This document shows positions 44,030-55,849 of a DNA stretch of 64,000 bases, one piece after another. Below the pieces are notes generated by a model. The model was not told the DNA's origin, searched no databases, and saw nothing but the letters and a program-made list of their open reading frames with translations. The stretch lies in contig MU053934.1 in NCBI GenBank assembly GCA_013239625.1, positions 6,156,399-6,220,398 on the forward strand, written 5' to 3'. This stretch comes from Lama guanicoe. Its lineage: Eukaryota. A program made the translations under genes and the position numbers. The first letter of the stretch is position 1; each line of letters starts with the position of its first letter.

Positions 44030-44080
44030 AATAAGAATCCAGATTCAGTGACTGTTTCCTGTGTGAGTGGTGGTGTCTGT
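44030..44080 (+). terminator. Candidate ACO2 proximal 3'-end signal (non-canonical AATAAG followed by a GU-rich tract)
   Basis: AATAAG at 44030-44035, then tgtttcctgtgtgagtggtggtgtctgtt. I see no AATAAA or ATTAAA on + between the stop codon and 45073. Confidence 0.4.
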
Positions 44081-45069
44081 TATGAACTCCAGGGTTGTGG
44101 GGGGGTGGTCCTTACAGCCAGTCAGGGGAGGCCCCCAGTAGCCATGCTGCATCTGGGCCCATCACTGCATTGTTCCACTTTTCAGCCCCACTTCCCTGCC
44201 CTAACTCACCTCTGCCTGTGGGGCAGCCTCCCTCTTTCCCTGGGAGCTGAGCTGCCCTCCAAACACCCTGTGAAGGTCTGTTTTACAGACAGGACACCAT
44301 GTCCAAGGCCACAGCTGGTCCCTGTGTGCACTGTCCCTTGCCCCTCACCCCCTGCTCCGCAGCTGCTCTTCTCCCTGGAGCAGTGTCCAGTGGCCCTGCC
44401 CACACCTCCATCCTCCTGTGTCTGCCTGAGCCGAAAGACCAGAGCGGGAGGCAGGCTCCAGAGACCCCTTCAGCACCTGACAGAGACATGGCATCCGGTA
44501 GGTGCTACAAAACAAGTGTCCTGATCCCAGCAGAAGTGAGTGAACAGGCAGGAGTCCGGCAAAGCCGTTCTTCTTGCCCTCGGGCCAGGATCTCACATCA
44601 CCAGCAGGCAGACCCACAGGGTGCTCCCAGCGTGGCCGAGGTTGGAAGTGACAGCTGGCCCAAGGTTTCCTGCAGTACTGCTGGCAGGAGAGTAACAGCA
44701 GGTCACTGCTCTCACCCCCTTCGGCTAGCAAAGCCCACAGCCTCCACTTTACTGACGGAGCTGCTTGGCTGAGGCCAGGCCCGCCTCACTTTCCACATGC
44801 TAGTGGGAAGCAAGATGGTTGTTCCTTAAAGGTCAGACTGTGATCAGCAATTGGCAGCTGCCCCAGGCCAGCCTCTCACTCACTCTGTTACTTTATGGAG
44901 CCGCCAAGCTCAGCCTGGATCGCTCAACCCCCAAGTTCTGCCATGGGGGTTGTGGGGAAGTCATCTCCAGAAGTGATCTGGGGTGAGGAACATGCCATCC
45001 CAGCTGTGGGAACTCAGTGACCTTAGATCATTGAAACAGGGTGGCTCTCCCCAACTGAGGCTACCATTG

Positions 45070-45075
45070 TTTATT
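45070..45075 (-). terminator. POLR3H: POLR3H poly(A) signal AATAAA
   Basis: tttatt on +, about 220 nt downstream of the POLR3H stop codon. Confidence 0.75.
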
Positions 45076-45293
45076 AAATGTCTTTGCTGTCACTGAGAGA
45101 AGGCCATGAGGACCTCTGGACTTCAGGGGTGGCTCTGGGAGGAGCAGGGAAGGGGACAACCTGGTGGGGCAGACTCGGCTCCTCGGCATCTGCAGAAGCT
45201 GCTGCTGTCTTCAGGGCCAGGGGCACCACGCCACCTTCCCAAGGTGGGACAGGGTCTGCAGGACTGGGCGGGGTCCACGCTCAAGCCCCAGGG

Positions 45294-45347
45294 TTAGCTG
45301 CTCGTCCACCAGGAGAGAAGACCCAGGCCGGGCTCACTAATGGATCC
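45294..45347 (-). CDS. POLR3H: RNA polymerase III subunit RPC8, last coding exon (GSISEPGLGLLSWWTSS*)
   Basis: On -: ggcag|GGA TCC ... AGC AGC TAA. Conserved GLGLLSWW C-terminus. Confidence 0.96.
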   Translation of the reverse strand, partial: GSISEPGLGLLSWWTSS

Positions 45348-46232
45348 CTGCCAGGGGTAGAGAGAGCAGGCACGTTTCATCAACCGCTAGGGCTGAGCCA
45401 ACTCGGACAGGAGGCAAAAGGGGCCCTTCCATCTAGGCACCAGCAAGCCCAGCACAGGCGGAAAGGAGGCACGCAGCACTCCCAGCAGGTCCAGACTCCC
45501 CTCTCCTGGGGCCCCCTGAGAAAGGCACTGGTTCCCTGAGGGCACGGCACCTGGCCCCAGAGCCTCAGGGAGGTCAGGCACCTTCCTCGCCCCGGGCCTG
45601 CCCACACAGGCACCAGCAGGCCACTCCCGGGCCTGCCCTCCAGAGCCCCCTATGGTCCAGTCCTGCCAGAAAGGCCTAGTGACCCGGAGCACCAGCCTCC
45701 AAGTCCATGCAGAGGGGATGCCCTGGGCGACCCGCGTTCCTGACCAGGACACAGCTGCCCTAAAAGCAAACAACTCGGGGCCCGTGTTACACCAGAAAAG
45801 CCTACTAGCAGTCCCTGGAATTCCCTTCCGTCGTGTCACTGGCTGAGCTTCATGAAGGTAAAAGACAAAAGGGACCCAAGGCAGACCTGGCCGGTTGCAG
45901 CCTCCCTGTCATCTCAGGCCACACAGGTCTGCAGTGGGAGCAGCCCCGAGGCTCACCCTTCCCAGAAGCCCCTTGTGGTTTCTCCCTCCCTTGGCCTGAT
46001 CAGCAGCCTGCGTCGCCCCTCTCTTGTGAGCAGGGGCCTGACCCACCCACCCTCCCCTATAGCCATGGCAGCCTTATGATCTCGCTGCGCTGGCCTGGCC
46101 TGAAAAAACAAGGCTCCCCAGGCAGAGGTGACCCCAGGACCACATGACGGGGACCTGCAGCCTGACCTGCTGGGACAGGGGGTTCTAGGAGCGGTTCCCT
46201 GCGGTTTCGGCAGCGGCAGCAGGGCAGCTCAC

Positions 46233-46434
46233 CACAAGCGTGTACGGAGCCTCCTTCTTGGGCAGCTCCTCACTGGAAGAGGCGGCCTCGGCCGAGCTGG
46301 GTCCAGTGGGGGATGTGTCCACGAAGCTCTCGTCCACCACCCGGAAGCGGATCTCCTCGCCGGTGTCCATGTACAGGTCGTGCGCCCCTTCCTCCGTCTC
46401 ATACTCCCACACCCACACCTGCTCCGCCTCATCA
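46233..46434 (-). CDS. POLR3H: POLR3H coding exon 5 (202 nt; [38 protein letters not shown]...EAPYTLV)
   Basis: On -: atccag| ... |gtgagc. Frame is consistent. Confidence 0.97.
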
Positions 46435-47659
46435 CTGGATGGGCCCAGGGTCAAGGCAACAACCTGGCCGTGGGAGAGCCCTGAAGGTCAGGAGTTCCAC
46501 CACTGGAACCCGACCCCAGGAAAACCCAAACTCGGGTTGAGATTACTTTCTCTGGAAAGTCACAGGAAAAGCAGGCCCAGTCCCAGGTACAAGAGACGAG
46601 GTCAGGCCCAGCCCACAGGGAGCGGCGGGAGCTCCCAGGTACCAGGACCCAGGCTGGGAACACAGGCCCCCGCCAGACACCACGGACATCAGAGCAGGAA
46701 GGTGACTCCACAGCAGAACGCAACTTCTACCTCTCAACATGGGAATGACCACAGCCCCTTGGCGCCCGGAGTCAGACTCAGCTGCTGTGTCCTCTCAGAG
46801 GCTGGCTGCCAAGTTCAGACCTACCAGGAACCAGGCCCAACCTCTCAGTGCCTTGGGGTCCCCATCTGTAAAGCAGCGATTACAGCAAGGCCTAGCCTCC
46901 AGGGCGGCGGTGGGGAGGTAATAAAACACCACACATGGGAAGTACTTTCCACAAAACCCGCAGTCGACCCACGTGCTAGTTGAAGCTGGCCTACATTCTC
47001 GGTGCAATCCCACATCCCTCTCCGCTCCTCCAGACACTCCGACCAGCAGGCAGCACAAGGACTTCTCCAGTTTTCAAGAGGACATGGCTGGATGGGAGGT
47101 CACCAGCCGGAGGGACCAGCCAGGCTAGGCAAGTTTTTCTGATAATTTCCAGAGTCACACACAGACCCTGCACAGGCCCAGCCAGAACTGTCTGCCTAAA
47201 CAATGAGACACATACACATACACATACATTCAGCTCCCTACAGGGCCTGAGGCCCCTCCACCAGCAGAGCCCACACTGAGGAGCATACTGCCAGATGGGA
47301 CAAGATGGGGTCCCTCCCAGTAAGCACTTTCAGTGAGGACCCACAGAGCCAAGCCCTCAAATGTCAGCTGAGGAGGGGAGGTGGCCAATCAGGCAGGCCT
47401 CTCGAGGGAGGTGACCTCTGAGATGATTCCCGCGGCGACAACCTAAGGAAAGTGAGCTGGAACCAGGCCTGACAGCCCAGATGGAGGCACAGGCGTGGAG
47501 ACATCATGGTCAGAGCTTCTAGAGCAAAATGCAGGCTGGAGGAGGCGGGCAGAGGCCAGCAGCACCAGGTCACAGAACCCAGCACCACTCCAAGGAGTGG
47601 GGAGCTTCCTTTGAGAGGCTCAAGCTCCTCTGTGACCCGCTCTAGGCTTGGAAGGATAC
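46435..47659 (-). other. POLR3H: U12-type (minor spliceosome) GT-AG intron of POLR3H
   Basis: 5' splice site GTATCCTTCC. Branch sequence GCCTTGAC with the A at 46451, 16 nt from the 3' end. No polypyrimidine tract. Confidence 0.9.
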
Positions 47660-47723
47660 AACTTGGCTGGCTGCTGCAGGGACTCCGGAGGGATAAGAAT
47701 GTCATCGAAGAACCCTAGAGAGA
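47660..47723 (-). CDS. POLR3H: POLR3H coding exon 4 (64 nt; [22 protein letters not shown])
   Basis: On -: gtccag| ... |gtatcc. Confidence 0.96.
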
Positions 47724-48169
47724 CTGGACGACAGGCAAGTGACAGCATGGGACAGGGCTCAGTGGACAGGCAGGCCCCTCCCTAGGGGCAGGTGCCACCA
47801 TGGAAACCCGGGCCCCTCCCCCAGCCACTCACATAACCTGAGCGGCCACCAAAACCTGAGATGGACCTGGCACACAGCAGGCTCCAGTGGGTGCCAAGGG
47901 CTCCGAGTCACCACTGACCGCTCAGTGCCTGCCCTGAGGTCCCGGCCTGAGGCATCCTGGTGGCCAAGGTCCTCACTGTTACATGAACGGGGGAGGGGGG
48001 CTGAGCATTCCCCTCACTCACAAGAGGACAGCCGGGAAGGTTCTGCTTCTCTATCTGACCCTCCCCTGACCACGTGGCCCCACACACACGCTGAGGGAGG
48101 GGGGCTGGCCCAGCCAGCTGCCCGCAGTGTGCTCCCAGGTCTTGTCTGAGAACTCAGGGCCAGCATTAC

Positions 48170-48256
48170 CATGCACTCCCTCTGGGCTGCAGCCTTTGAT
48201 CTTTCCAATCAGAATCTCGTCCAGGAACGGATGGAACACCACGTACCGGAAGTGAA
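48170..48256 (-). CDS. POLR3H: POLR3H coding exon 3 (87 nt; [29 protein letters not shown])
   Basis: On -: ttcatttccag| ... |gtaatg. Confidence 0.97.
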
Positions 48257-48987
48257 CTGGAAATGAAGAAAGCATGTCGGTGACGAGCAGGCCCTGAGGA
48301 GCAGTCTGGGCTGTCCGGTGCCCGCTCTCGCTCACTGGCACGCCAACCCCGGGGCGGCTCCAGTCCACCCAGCAGCCCATGCCAGGGGTCCCTGTGGGCC
48401 CAGACTGGTTAGCTGAGCCGGAGGGACCCTCACCCCATCCCCTGCAAGGCCACACTCGGCCCCCATAAGAAGCCAGCAGCACTGGCCCTGGAACTGAGGC
48501 CTGGCTCCCGAGTCCATCAGATAAGTCACAACTGAGCCCAGATTTTAGGCCATCAATGACTCCAAAGTCAATTCCAACCTTCCTCCAGGCTCTCTCCTTT
48601 AAACTCTAACAAGGGCAGAAGCAACTGGCAAAGAGAACCAGGTTTGGGAACAAGTTCCCTGTCTCCCGCTGATTGGCAGTTTGCCCCAGGCATAGATCTG
48701 ACCTGGAACAGGATGCTAAAAATGCCCTGAAATTTGGAGGTAGGGCCGGGCAGGGGGAGCAAAGCCAATAAATAACCAAAAATGCCTCTGTGGGTTCTCA
48801 GGCCCTGCCCCAGGTGGTCCCTAATCACCTGACCCCAAGGAAAATACCAGATAAGGTCTGTAGTCCACATCAGACTGACTCCACGGCCTGGCAGAAGCCA
48901 TCACCTCATCACTCCTGCCACTTGCTGGGGTGGCTGCCACTGGCCTAAACACCGCCACGGCTAGAATATTACAGTGAGGATGCCCCC

Positions 48988-49436
48988 TGCCAGTCACCCA
49001 GTGCCCATCACAGTCCGATGTCATGCTTCCCCACTGCGAGCCTGAGGTTGTGGCTCAGAGGGGCTGGGTCACCTGCTCACAGCCACACAGCTGTTCTGCC
49101 AGGGGGAGACTCCAACTCTTTTCTGGACCACCAGACAGGGCCACGGGGTTGAATATGCCTACCTCAGGAGGTTTAACCCCCAAACACAGGCTTCTGCCAC
49201 CAGCACATGCCAGTCACCCAGTGCCCATCACAGTCCACCTGTGCCCGATGTCATGCTTCCCCACTGCGAGCCTGAGGTTGTGGCTCAGAGGGGCTGGGTC
49301 ACCTGCTCACAGCCACACAGCTGTTCTGCCAGGGGGAGACTCCAACTCTTTTCTGGACCACCAGACAGGGCCACGGGGTTGAATATGCCTACCTCAGGAG
49401 GTTTAACCCCCAAACACAGGCTTCTGCCACCAGCAC
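48988..49436. repeat. Near-perfect tandem duplication (219 nt + 229 nt) in a POLR3H intron
   Basis: 48988-49206 and 49208-49436 are identical by eye except for 10 extra nt (acctgtgccc) in copy 2. Confidence 0.95.
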
Positions 49437-49839
49437 CCTCGCTTCCTGGTGTGCCAACTTCACCCCAAGGACACCAGGGCCCACCTGGCCCCCAGCTCCC
49501 CTGCCAGGCTGCTTCCCCATGGCTCCACTGGGCAGGAAAGAGTGTGGAAAGGAGAGGGGGCAGCTGGTGCCCCCCACTCCCTGTGAGGAGACCAACACAA
49601 GACACCTGAGCCATCATCAAGAGGGCCGGGCCTCACGCTGACCTCGGGAGAGCAGATGAGGGCTGACATCACTTACAGTTCGGAAAAACCCTGTCCCCCA
49701 CGTGCTCCAGCAGCACTTCGGGTTAATGAGTCTCCACGGAGCTTGTACCAGGTGTGCCAGGCCCAGTTTGGGCACTGGGCTTATGGGGGCAGAACAACAC
49801 ATGGTCCTGTGCCCCGGGGGCTCCAGTCTGGAACAAGCA

Positions 49840-50290
49840 CATCCAAAAGCAAATGGTGAGCAACCCAGGTGTCCTTCAACAGACGAATGGACAAACCAAA
49901 CGGGCTGTATCTGCACAACAGAAGATTATTCGCCTCAGAAAGGAACAAAGTACCGATACAAGCAACAACATGGAAGAACCTGGAGGACGCTGTGCTACAC
50001 GAAATAAGTCAATCACAAGAGGCCACATGTGTGATTCAGCTCATATGAAATGTGCAAAATAGGCAAATCTGGAAGCAGAAAGCAGTGGTTGCCGGGGACT
50101 GGTGGAGGAAGGAGAGGGAAGTGATTGCTAATGGGCATGGGGTTTCTTTTTGGGGTGATGAAGGAAGATGTTCTGGAATTAAGACAGTGGTGATCGTCAC
50201 ACAGCTCTGTGACTACACCAAAAGTTGCTGAATTGTATGTTTTAAGAGGGTAAATTTCGTATGTCAATTATATCTCAATTTTAAAAAAAG
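49840..50290 (+). mobile_element. L1 3' end (L1MB-like)
   Basis: caacccaggtgtccttcaacagacgaatggacaaac...gtttctttttggggtgatg...tcaattatatctcaattttaaaaaaa. Confidence 0.75.
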
Positions 50291-50295
50291 GCATT

Positions 50296-50440
50296 GGGGA
50301 GGGTATAGTTCAAGTGCATGCTTAGCATGCATGAGGTCATGAGTTCAATCCCCAGTACCTCCTCTAAGAATAAATAAATACTAAATAAACCTAATTACCT
50401 TCCCCCACCAAAATAAAAACAAACAAACAAAAAACAAAAA
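50296..50440 (+). mobile_element. tRNA-derived SINE (Vic-1-like) inserted next to an L1 A-tail
   Basis: ggggagggtatag...gcatgcttagcatgcatgaggtc...gttcaatccccagtacctcc...taaacctaattacc plus a (CAAA)n tail. Confidence 0.85.
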
Positions 50441-50674
50441 GGAGGCTGCAGACCAGATGGAGGGCCAGCTAGGATGGTGCTGTGTGGGCCACCTAGGGAC
50501 GTCTGGCCTGCAGTTGGGAAGGCTGGAAAGTCAAGGATGGGTCTGAGGGACCAGTATGAAGAGGAAGACCCGCTCTTAGTTGTAGGCTTCAGCAAACTTT
50601 GTCCCAGGAAAAGTATGGCTGCCTCAGGACGTAGTGAGTTTCTACAAAGGCCAAATACCATGACTCTACTCCTA

Positions 50675-50927
50675 TAAAGTACATGAAGTAGTCAAATCCA
50701 TACAGACAGAAGACAGAACGGTGGTTGCCAGGGGCTGGAGGGGGTGGTTATTGTTTAGTGGGGACAGAGATTCTGTTTTGGAAGATGAAAAATTTCTGGA
50801 GATGGATAGTGGTGATGGCTGGACAACAATGTAAATGTACTTAATGCCACTGAACTGTACACTAAAAATGGTTAACACGGTAAATTTTATGTTACATATG
50901 TTTTATCATGACTTAAAAAAAAAAAGC
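50675..50927 (+). mobile_element. L1 3' end (L1MB-like)
   Basis: agtagtcaaatccatacagacagaag...atggatagtggtgatgg...aatgtacttaatgccactgaactgtacac...ttaaaaaaaaaaa. Confidence 0.75.
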
Positions 50928-52344
50928 AAATGGAGGGCAAGAAGACAGGCTGCTCCAGAGCCCAGAGTGGGGTCCTAACCAGCCGGGGCAGGGGCGGCGG
51001 CCAGGTCAAGAGGGGCTTCCGGGAGTCGGGGGGCATAGAGAGCCGGTGCTGGCTCTGCCTAAAGGAACTCTAAGTGAGAAGGGATAAGGCCGGCCAATCA
51101 GGACCAATGTCACAAGCCGCAAAGGCTGCCCTCTCCTGAGCACTAAATGCCAGGCACCGACCAAGGCTTCCATGGTTTTCTCACCTACTCCCACAATCTC
51201 TGTGTGACGGAGGCACTACCGTCAGACTACCGTCCCAGATGTGACAGTCGTACGTAAAGTAATCTGGCCTGGGTAGAAGTAGAAAGAAGTGAAAGGCAAG
51301 GGACAAATGAATAATCCTCTAAGCAAAAGCAGAGGCCTGGGCTGAGCCGCCTGGTACACTTTCAGCCACGGCCCCGGGGAGGCAGAGGCAGGAACGGGGC
51401 CTGGGCCCGGGATCAGCCTCCAAGCCTGGAGACTGATGCCCACCACAAACTAACAACTCACCCTGCTCATTGCTGAATGGGCTATGAGGAGCCTTACAGC
51501 TGCAAGTGTTAACCCATTTCACAGATGAGGACACCAAGGCTGAGGAAGGTAGTTACCTGCCCAGTGTGCTCATGCAGGGAGGCCAGAGGCAGAATTTAAA
51601 TCTGGGTCCGTGTGATGGGCCCCCGCCAGGTGCCCTACTCCTGGCCCCTTGTTCCCAAGAACACAGGGGACCCAGGGTGAATGGGGGTGGGAGACAAGAA
51701 AACCAGCACTGAAGTCCTACGCCAAGTAGCAGAAACAGCCAAATGAATGGACAGAATTTCCTCGAATTTAACTTTTTTCTCCCAGTTTTTCTTGAAGTTC
51801 TGGGGTCCTTACCACTTGCCTCCGGGACAACAGCAGAGACGAGGCTCAGCTCCACGGCGTCCTCTGTAAACAGAGGCCCTCGCGGTCTTGTTTCCACATC
51901 ACTGTCTCATCTTTCTGCTAATGAAACGGTCCTACTCCACACACACAGCTTGCTCCTGAGGGCTCTGCACAGAGCTCGCCGGCATCCATGTGCACTAATT
52001 AAGTCCCTGGATTCCTGGACACAAACCAGGCAGCCTCATGGCATGTTCTGGAATGCCCGGGCATCACTGGGCTCTTCAAAAAGCCTTGTGTGAGAATCAC
52101 CGAGCTTCTGGTTAGAACCGTCCGCAGGACCCACCCCAGAGAGTCTGACTCAGAGCCTGGGGCAGGTGAGTGAGTGCACAGCCGGCGCCCCCGTGCCTAC
52201 ACCCTGACCAGCTCCGAACCTCCAATGGCCCCCTTGCCCTCTGCTCCTGATGTGGTTTGGTCCAAGCAGGAGGGAGAATGCCCCACTTTCTCCCTGAGAG
52301 CCCTTCTCAAGGTGATCCCCCCTCCACTCCCCGCTCCTTCCAGG

Positions 52345-52715
52345 TGTAGTAACCACCCTCCCATCCGGGGTGCACGCCCCCTTGCAATGTGACCGCATCT
52401 CCTCTCATCAGGAGCGAGTCTATTTCCCCACCCCTTGACTCTGACCTCAGCCACGTGACCTGCTTTGACTGACGGGACATGAGCAGAGGCTTGAATGATG
52501 CTGTGCACTGGGGCTCCAGTTGTGCCCTGGTGCCCAGTCTGCCTAGTGAAAGATGAGGCCACCCGGAGCAGAGATGAGCATCCCAGCCGAGGCCTCCACC
52601 CACCCAGTCTGCCAACCCCGGACACATGAGGCCACCCTACACCATCCAACCCTGCCAAGCCAGCCCAGACGACCACCCAAGCTGACCCTCAGAATCAGGA
52701 GAAACAATTCAAATT
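52345..52715. mobile_element. MLT1-type LTR
   Basis: cacgcccccttgcaatgtgac...gagtctatttccccaccccttga...gccacgtgacctgctttgac...ccacccaagctgaccctcagaatc. Confidence 0.6.
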
Positions 52716-53381
52716 GATGAGCAATCAAGCAAGCACTCACTATGGGCCAAGGTCCTATCCTAAGAGCTTTGTGCGTATTAACTTAGTGATCCTCACAACA
52801 GTCCCGTAACATAAAGTCTACTGTTGACTGCATTTTACTGATGAGGAAAGAGAGGCACAGAGAGGTTACATACTCTGCTCAGGACACACAGCGAACAAGT
52901 AGCAGAACTGGGATTTAAACCCAGAGGCCACACTTTTAACCGTATGTCCTGGTGTCCCTCAAAGTCTCCTACCCTCAACCCCGCCCCCTCCCCAGGAGGG
53001 GCAGCCATGCTCCCCTGTGCTCTCCCCACTTTTAACCCAGCGATGATTACTCCAAGCATCTTTCACTATCTAGCCATCCGCCTTTCTGAGCAGCCTGAGA
53101 GCCAGGCAGAGCAGGGCTTCCTAACACATAAGACCAACAAGGACAGAGACACAGAGCCACAATCTCAGAGCTGGGGAGACCTTGAAAATCACCTTCTCTG
53201 CCTCCCCTTTTTTACACAAAGGAAACCAAGGCCCAGAGAGGGGAAGAATCTGCCCAAGATCACCCAGTAAATTCCTGGCAGTCAGACTAGGCCCCAGGTC
53301 TCCCAACTCCCAGACTAGGACTCCCCCCACCAAAAACTGAGCCCCAAGAAACCCAGATGCCCAGAAGGAGAAGGCACCCAC

Positions 53382-53478
53382 CTTTGGTGTGTGATGCACC
53401 GTCCCCGGGGAACACGTAGGCATCCTCCAGCTTGGTGATGTCAAACAGACAGATGCAGAGTCCCACGTTGTACACGAC
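53382..53478 (-). CDS. POLR3H: POLR3H coding exon 2 (97 nt; [32 protein letters not shown])
   Basis: On -: cacacag| ... |gtgggt. Confidence 0.97.
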
Positions 53479-53927
53479 CTGTGTGCACCCGTGTACACAC
53501 CCAGTGACCCCGAGGCCCAGCTCCCTGGTCAGCCCCTCTTGAGATCCGCACACACCCCTGGGCATGATCACCCCCGTTTTACAGCTAGAAATGAGTTGGG
53601 GCACTGCCTGAGGTGAGGAACCCTGGTGGGAAGCTGAGCTCTGGAAAGAACAGGGCCTTTGGTGACAAGGCAGATGCAGGTTACAATGTCAACTTCACCA
53701 CTCCCTGTGTGACCTCTGAGGTCACTTCTCTGAGCCTCAGTTTCCCCATCTGCAAAAGTGGACACATCAGGCTGTGGGGCTGTCAAATCACGAGAGGGAA
53801 CAGATGTTGACGCCCCTATCCCAGTACCCCGCTCACCTGCTAGAAATAACAGTCATCAATCAAGGATCATTATTACTTCCAGTAAGGATCAGTGGGTAGG
53901 GAACCCCTGGTTAAACCTACACTTTCT

Positions 53928-54030
53928 GGGGTGGGCTGGATATAGCTCAGTGGTAGAGTGCATGCTTAGCATGCACGAGGTCCTGGGTTTAATCTCCAGT
54001 ACCTCCATTAAAAAAACAAAAACAAAAACA
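53928..54030 (+). mobile_element. tRNA-Ala-derived SINE (Vic-1-like) in the first POLR3H coding-region intron
   Basis: tatagctcagtggtagagtgcatgcttagcatgcacgaggtcctggg...acctcca plus an A tail. Confidence 0.87.
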
Positions 54031-55849
54031 CCCCAACTTACACTATCAGAGGTCCCAAGTCCATGCTAGAGCTCACAGATCAGAGTGTCAGAAACAGCTG
54101 ATCGCTGCTCTGCTCACAAAGTCTCAGACACACAGATGTGGCCACAGGGATTGAGGCTGTCAGAGTAACACACGGGAGGCCCTGAGACTGGGTAGAGAAC
54201 AGGCAGAGGACGTTCCTACACCATGATGCTCCAAAGGACTGGCCACTTGCTTTCTGCTTATCTGACACCCAGCATCATCACCTTCCAATTAGAGACCTTG
54301 CAGAACTGTTCAAGGATTAGCAAGAGGTTCAGAGAACTCAGAGTCCTGGCCATATCTCACCACGATGAGGCATTGTCCGGCTGGTTTGGAAGCACAGGGA
54401 GACGTGTGCCCTTGGCCAGACCTTGGACCTCTTCTGCGCGGCCTCCTCTCAAATGGCTCAATGATTCAAACACAGAAATATTCATCTGAACAGGTCACTG
54501 AAGGACCTGTGCTACAAAGGGACTATATTCCCCTCTTGGACTTTGCACACCTTTTCTCTCTGTCCCCTTATGGGACCCCCCTCCTTCTAATTCACAATGT
54601 AACAAGAAGGCATCCACTAAGGATTCCAAGAGTTCTCTCCACCACCTCCCCAGATCTATACACCCCACATTCTGTGACTTCAGCCTCTACAGAAGGGACT
54701 TGCCTCCTGTCTGATGCCAGCCAATCTTCCTCCTACTGGCTGCTCCTCAGCCTGTCACTTCCAGCTGTTCTACAAGTGAAGACCATTTCCCTGAGTAAGT
54801 CCTGCAGGCCCTGGATAGCTTGGCTCCCATCACTTTCCAGACTGCCCTCCCCTCTCTCCCTCTACTCAGGCCACACCAGCCTCCTCCATGCCATGATAGG
54901 TGTGATATTCCCTCCTGATATTCCCTGCCACAGGGCCTTTGCAAATGCTGTTTATGCTGCCCACACAGTTCTTCTCTCTGCCCAGATCCCTCCCCTCAAA
55001 AAGGAATCCCCTAATTAGTTCTTCCTCATCATCAGATCACAGTTCCAGCACCACCTCCCTAACAAAGCCGCCTCTTCTCTCCCTTACCGCAGGTGAAGTT
55101 CCTTCGTTCCACTGGCTTTGTGAACACCTGTTCTCAGAGCATTTACCTCAACTTGTCATCACACAATCAACTGTGGGAGTTTCTTGTTCATATCTGCCTT
55201 TCCCACCACACTACAGAGCAGAAGCTTATCTGTTTTATTCATTCAATGAACAATTGTGAAACATCTGTCTGTGCCAGGCCCTGGCTAAATATGGGGGATA
55301 CTACAGGGATGAAAGGTCCCTGCCCTCATGGAGAGGGAAAGAGGAAAACAGTAACCCAGTAAACAAAAGAGTGTGGGTAAGTGCTAAGACCCAATAACTG
55401 AGGAGGGAGGGTTGCTACAGAAGTGACATGGGGAGCCCAAGGACAAGCTCGCACTAAGGCATGCAGGCTTCGTGCATAGAAGGTGTGCTTTTTTTTTCCG
55501 CAGGAATGAACGGATAAACCTCCTGACAGCCAACTCTAAACTATCATCCATCTTCACAGAAACAATGCATGGTCGGACAGCAATTATTATTTCTAGTTTA
55601 CAAATGGAAATTGAGGCCCAGAGGAGTTAAATGACTTGCTCAAGATTGCAAAGTAATTTGGAAGTAAAGAATCTAGCGTTTCCCAGTTACAATCGCCTTT
55701 TTCAAACTCAGTTTTTCTTTTGATTCCCTCCGACATCCTTGTGGAGTAAGGATTACCCCCATCCCATGCACAGGTGAAGAAACCGAGTTCTGAGTCGTTA
55801 GGCTGCTTGCCCAGGACAAGGCTTGGTATGGCCAGGCCGGAGAGGGGTG

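Noticed and set aside
46240..46983. 247-aa + strand ORF
   Set aside because: Antisense shadow of POLR3H exon 5 plus GC-rich intron, with a non-ATG start and no domain.
53928..54007. tRNA-Ala(AGC) genes at this and the other tRNA-like loci
   Set aside because: A-rich tails, TSDs, mismatched stems and no oligo-T terminator indicate SINEs.
54365..55018. 217-aa ORF antisense to a POLR3H intron
   Set aside because: Ser/Leu/Pro-rich translation partly over L2-like pyrimidine-rich sequence, with no recognisable protein features.
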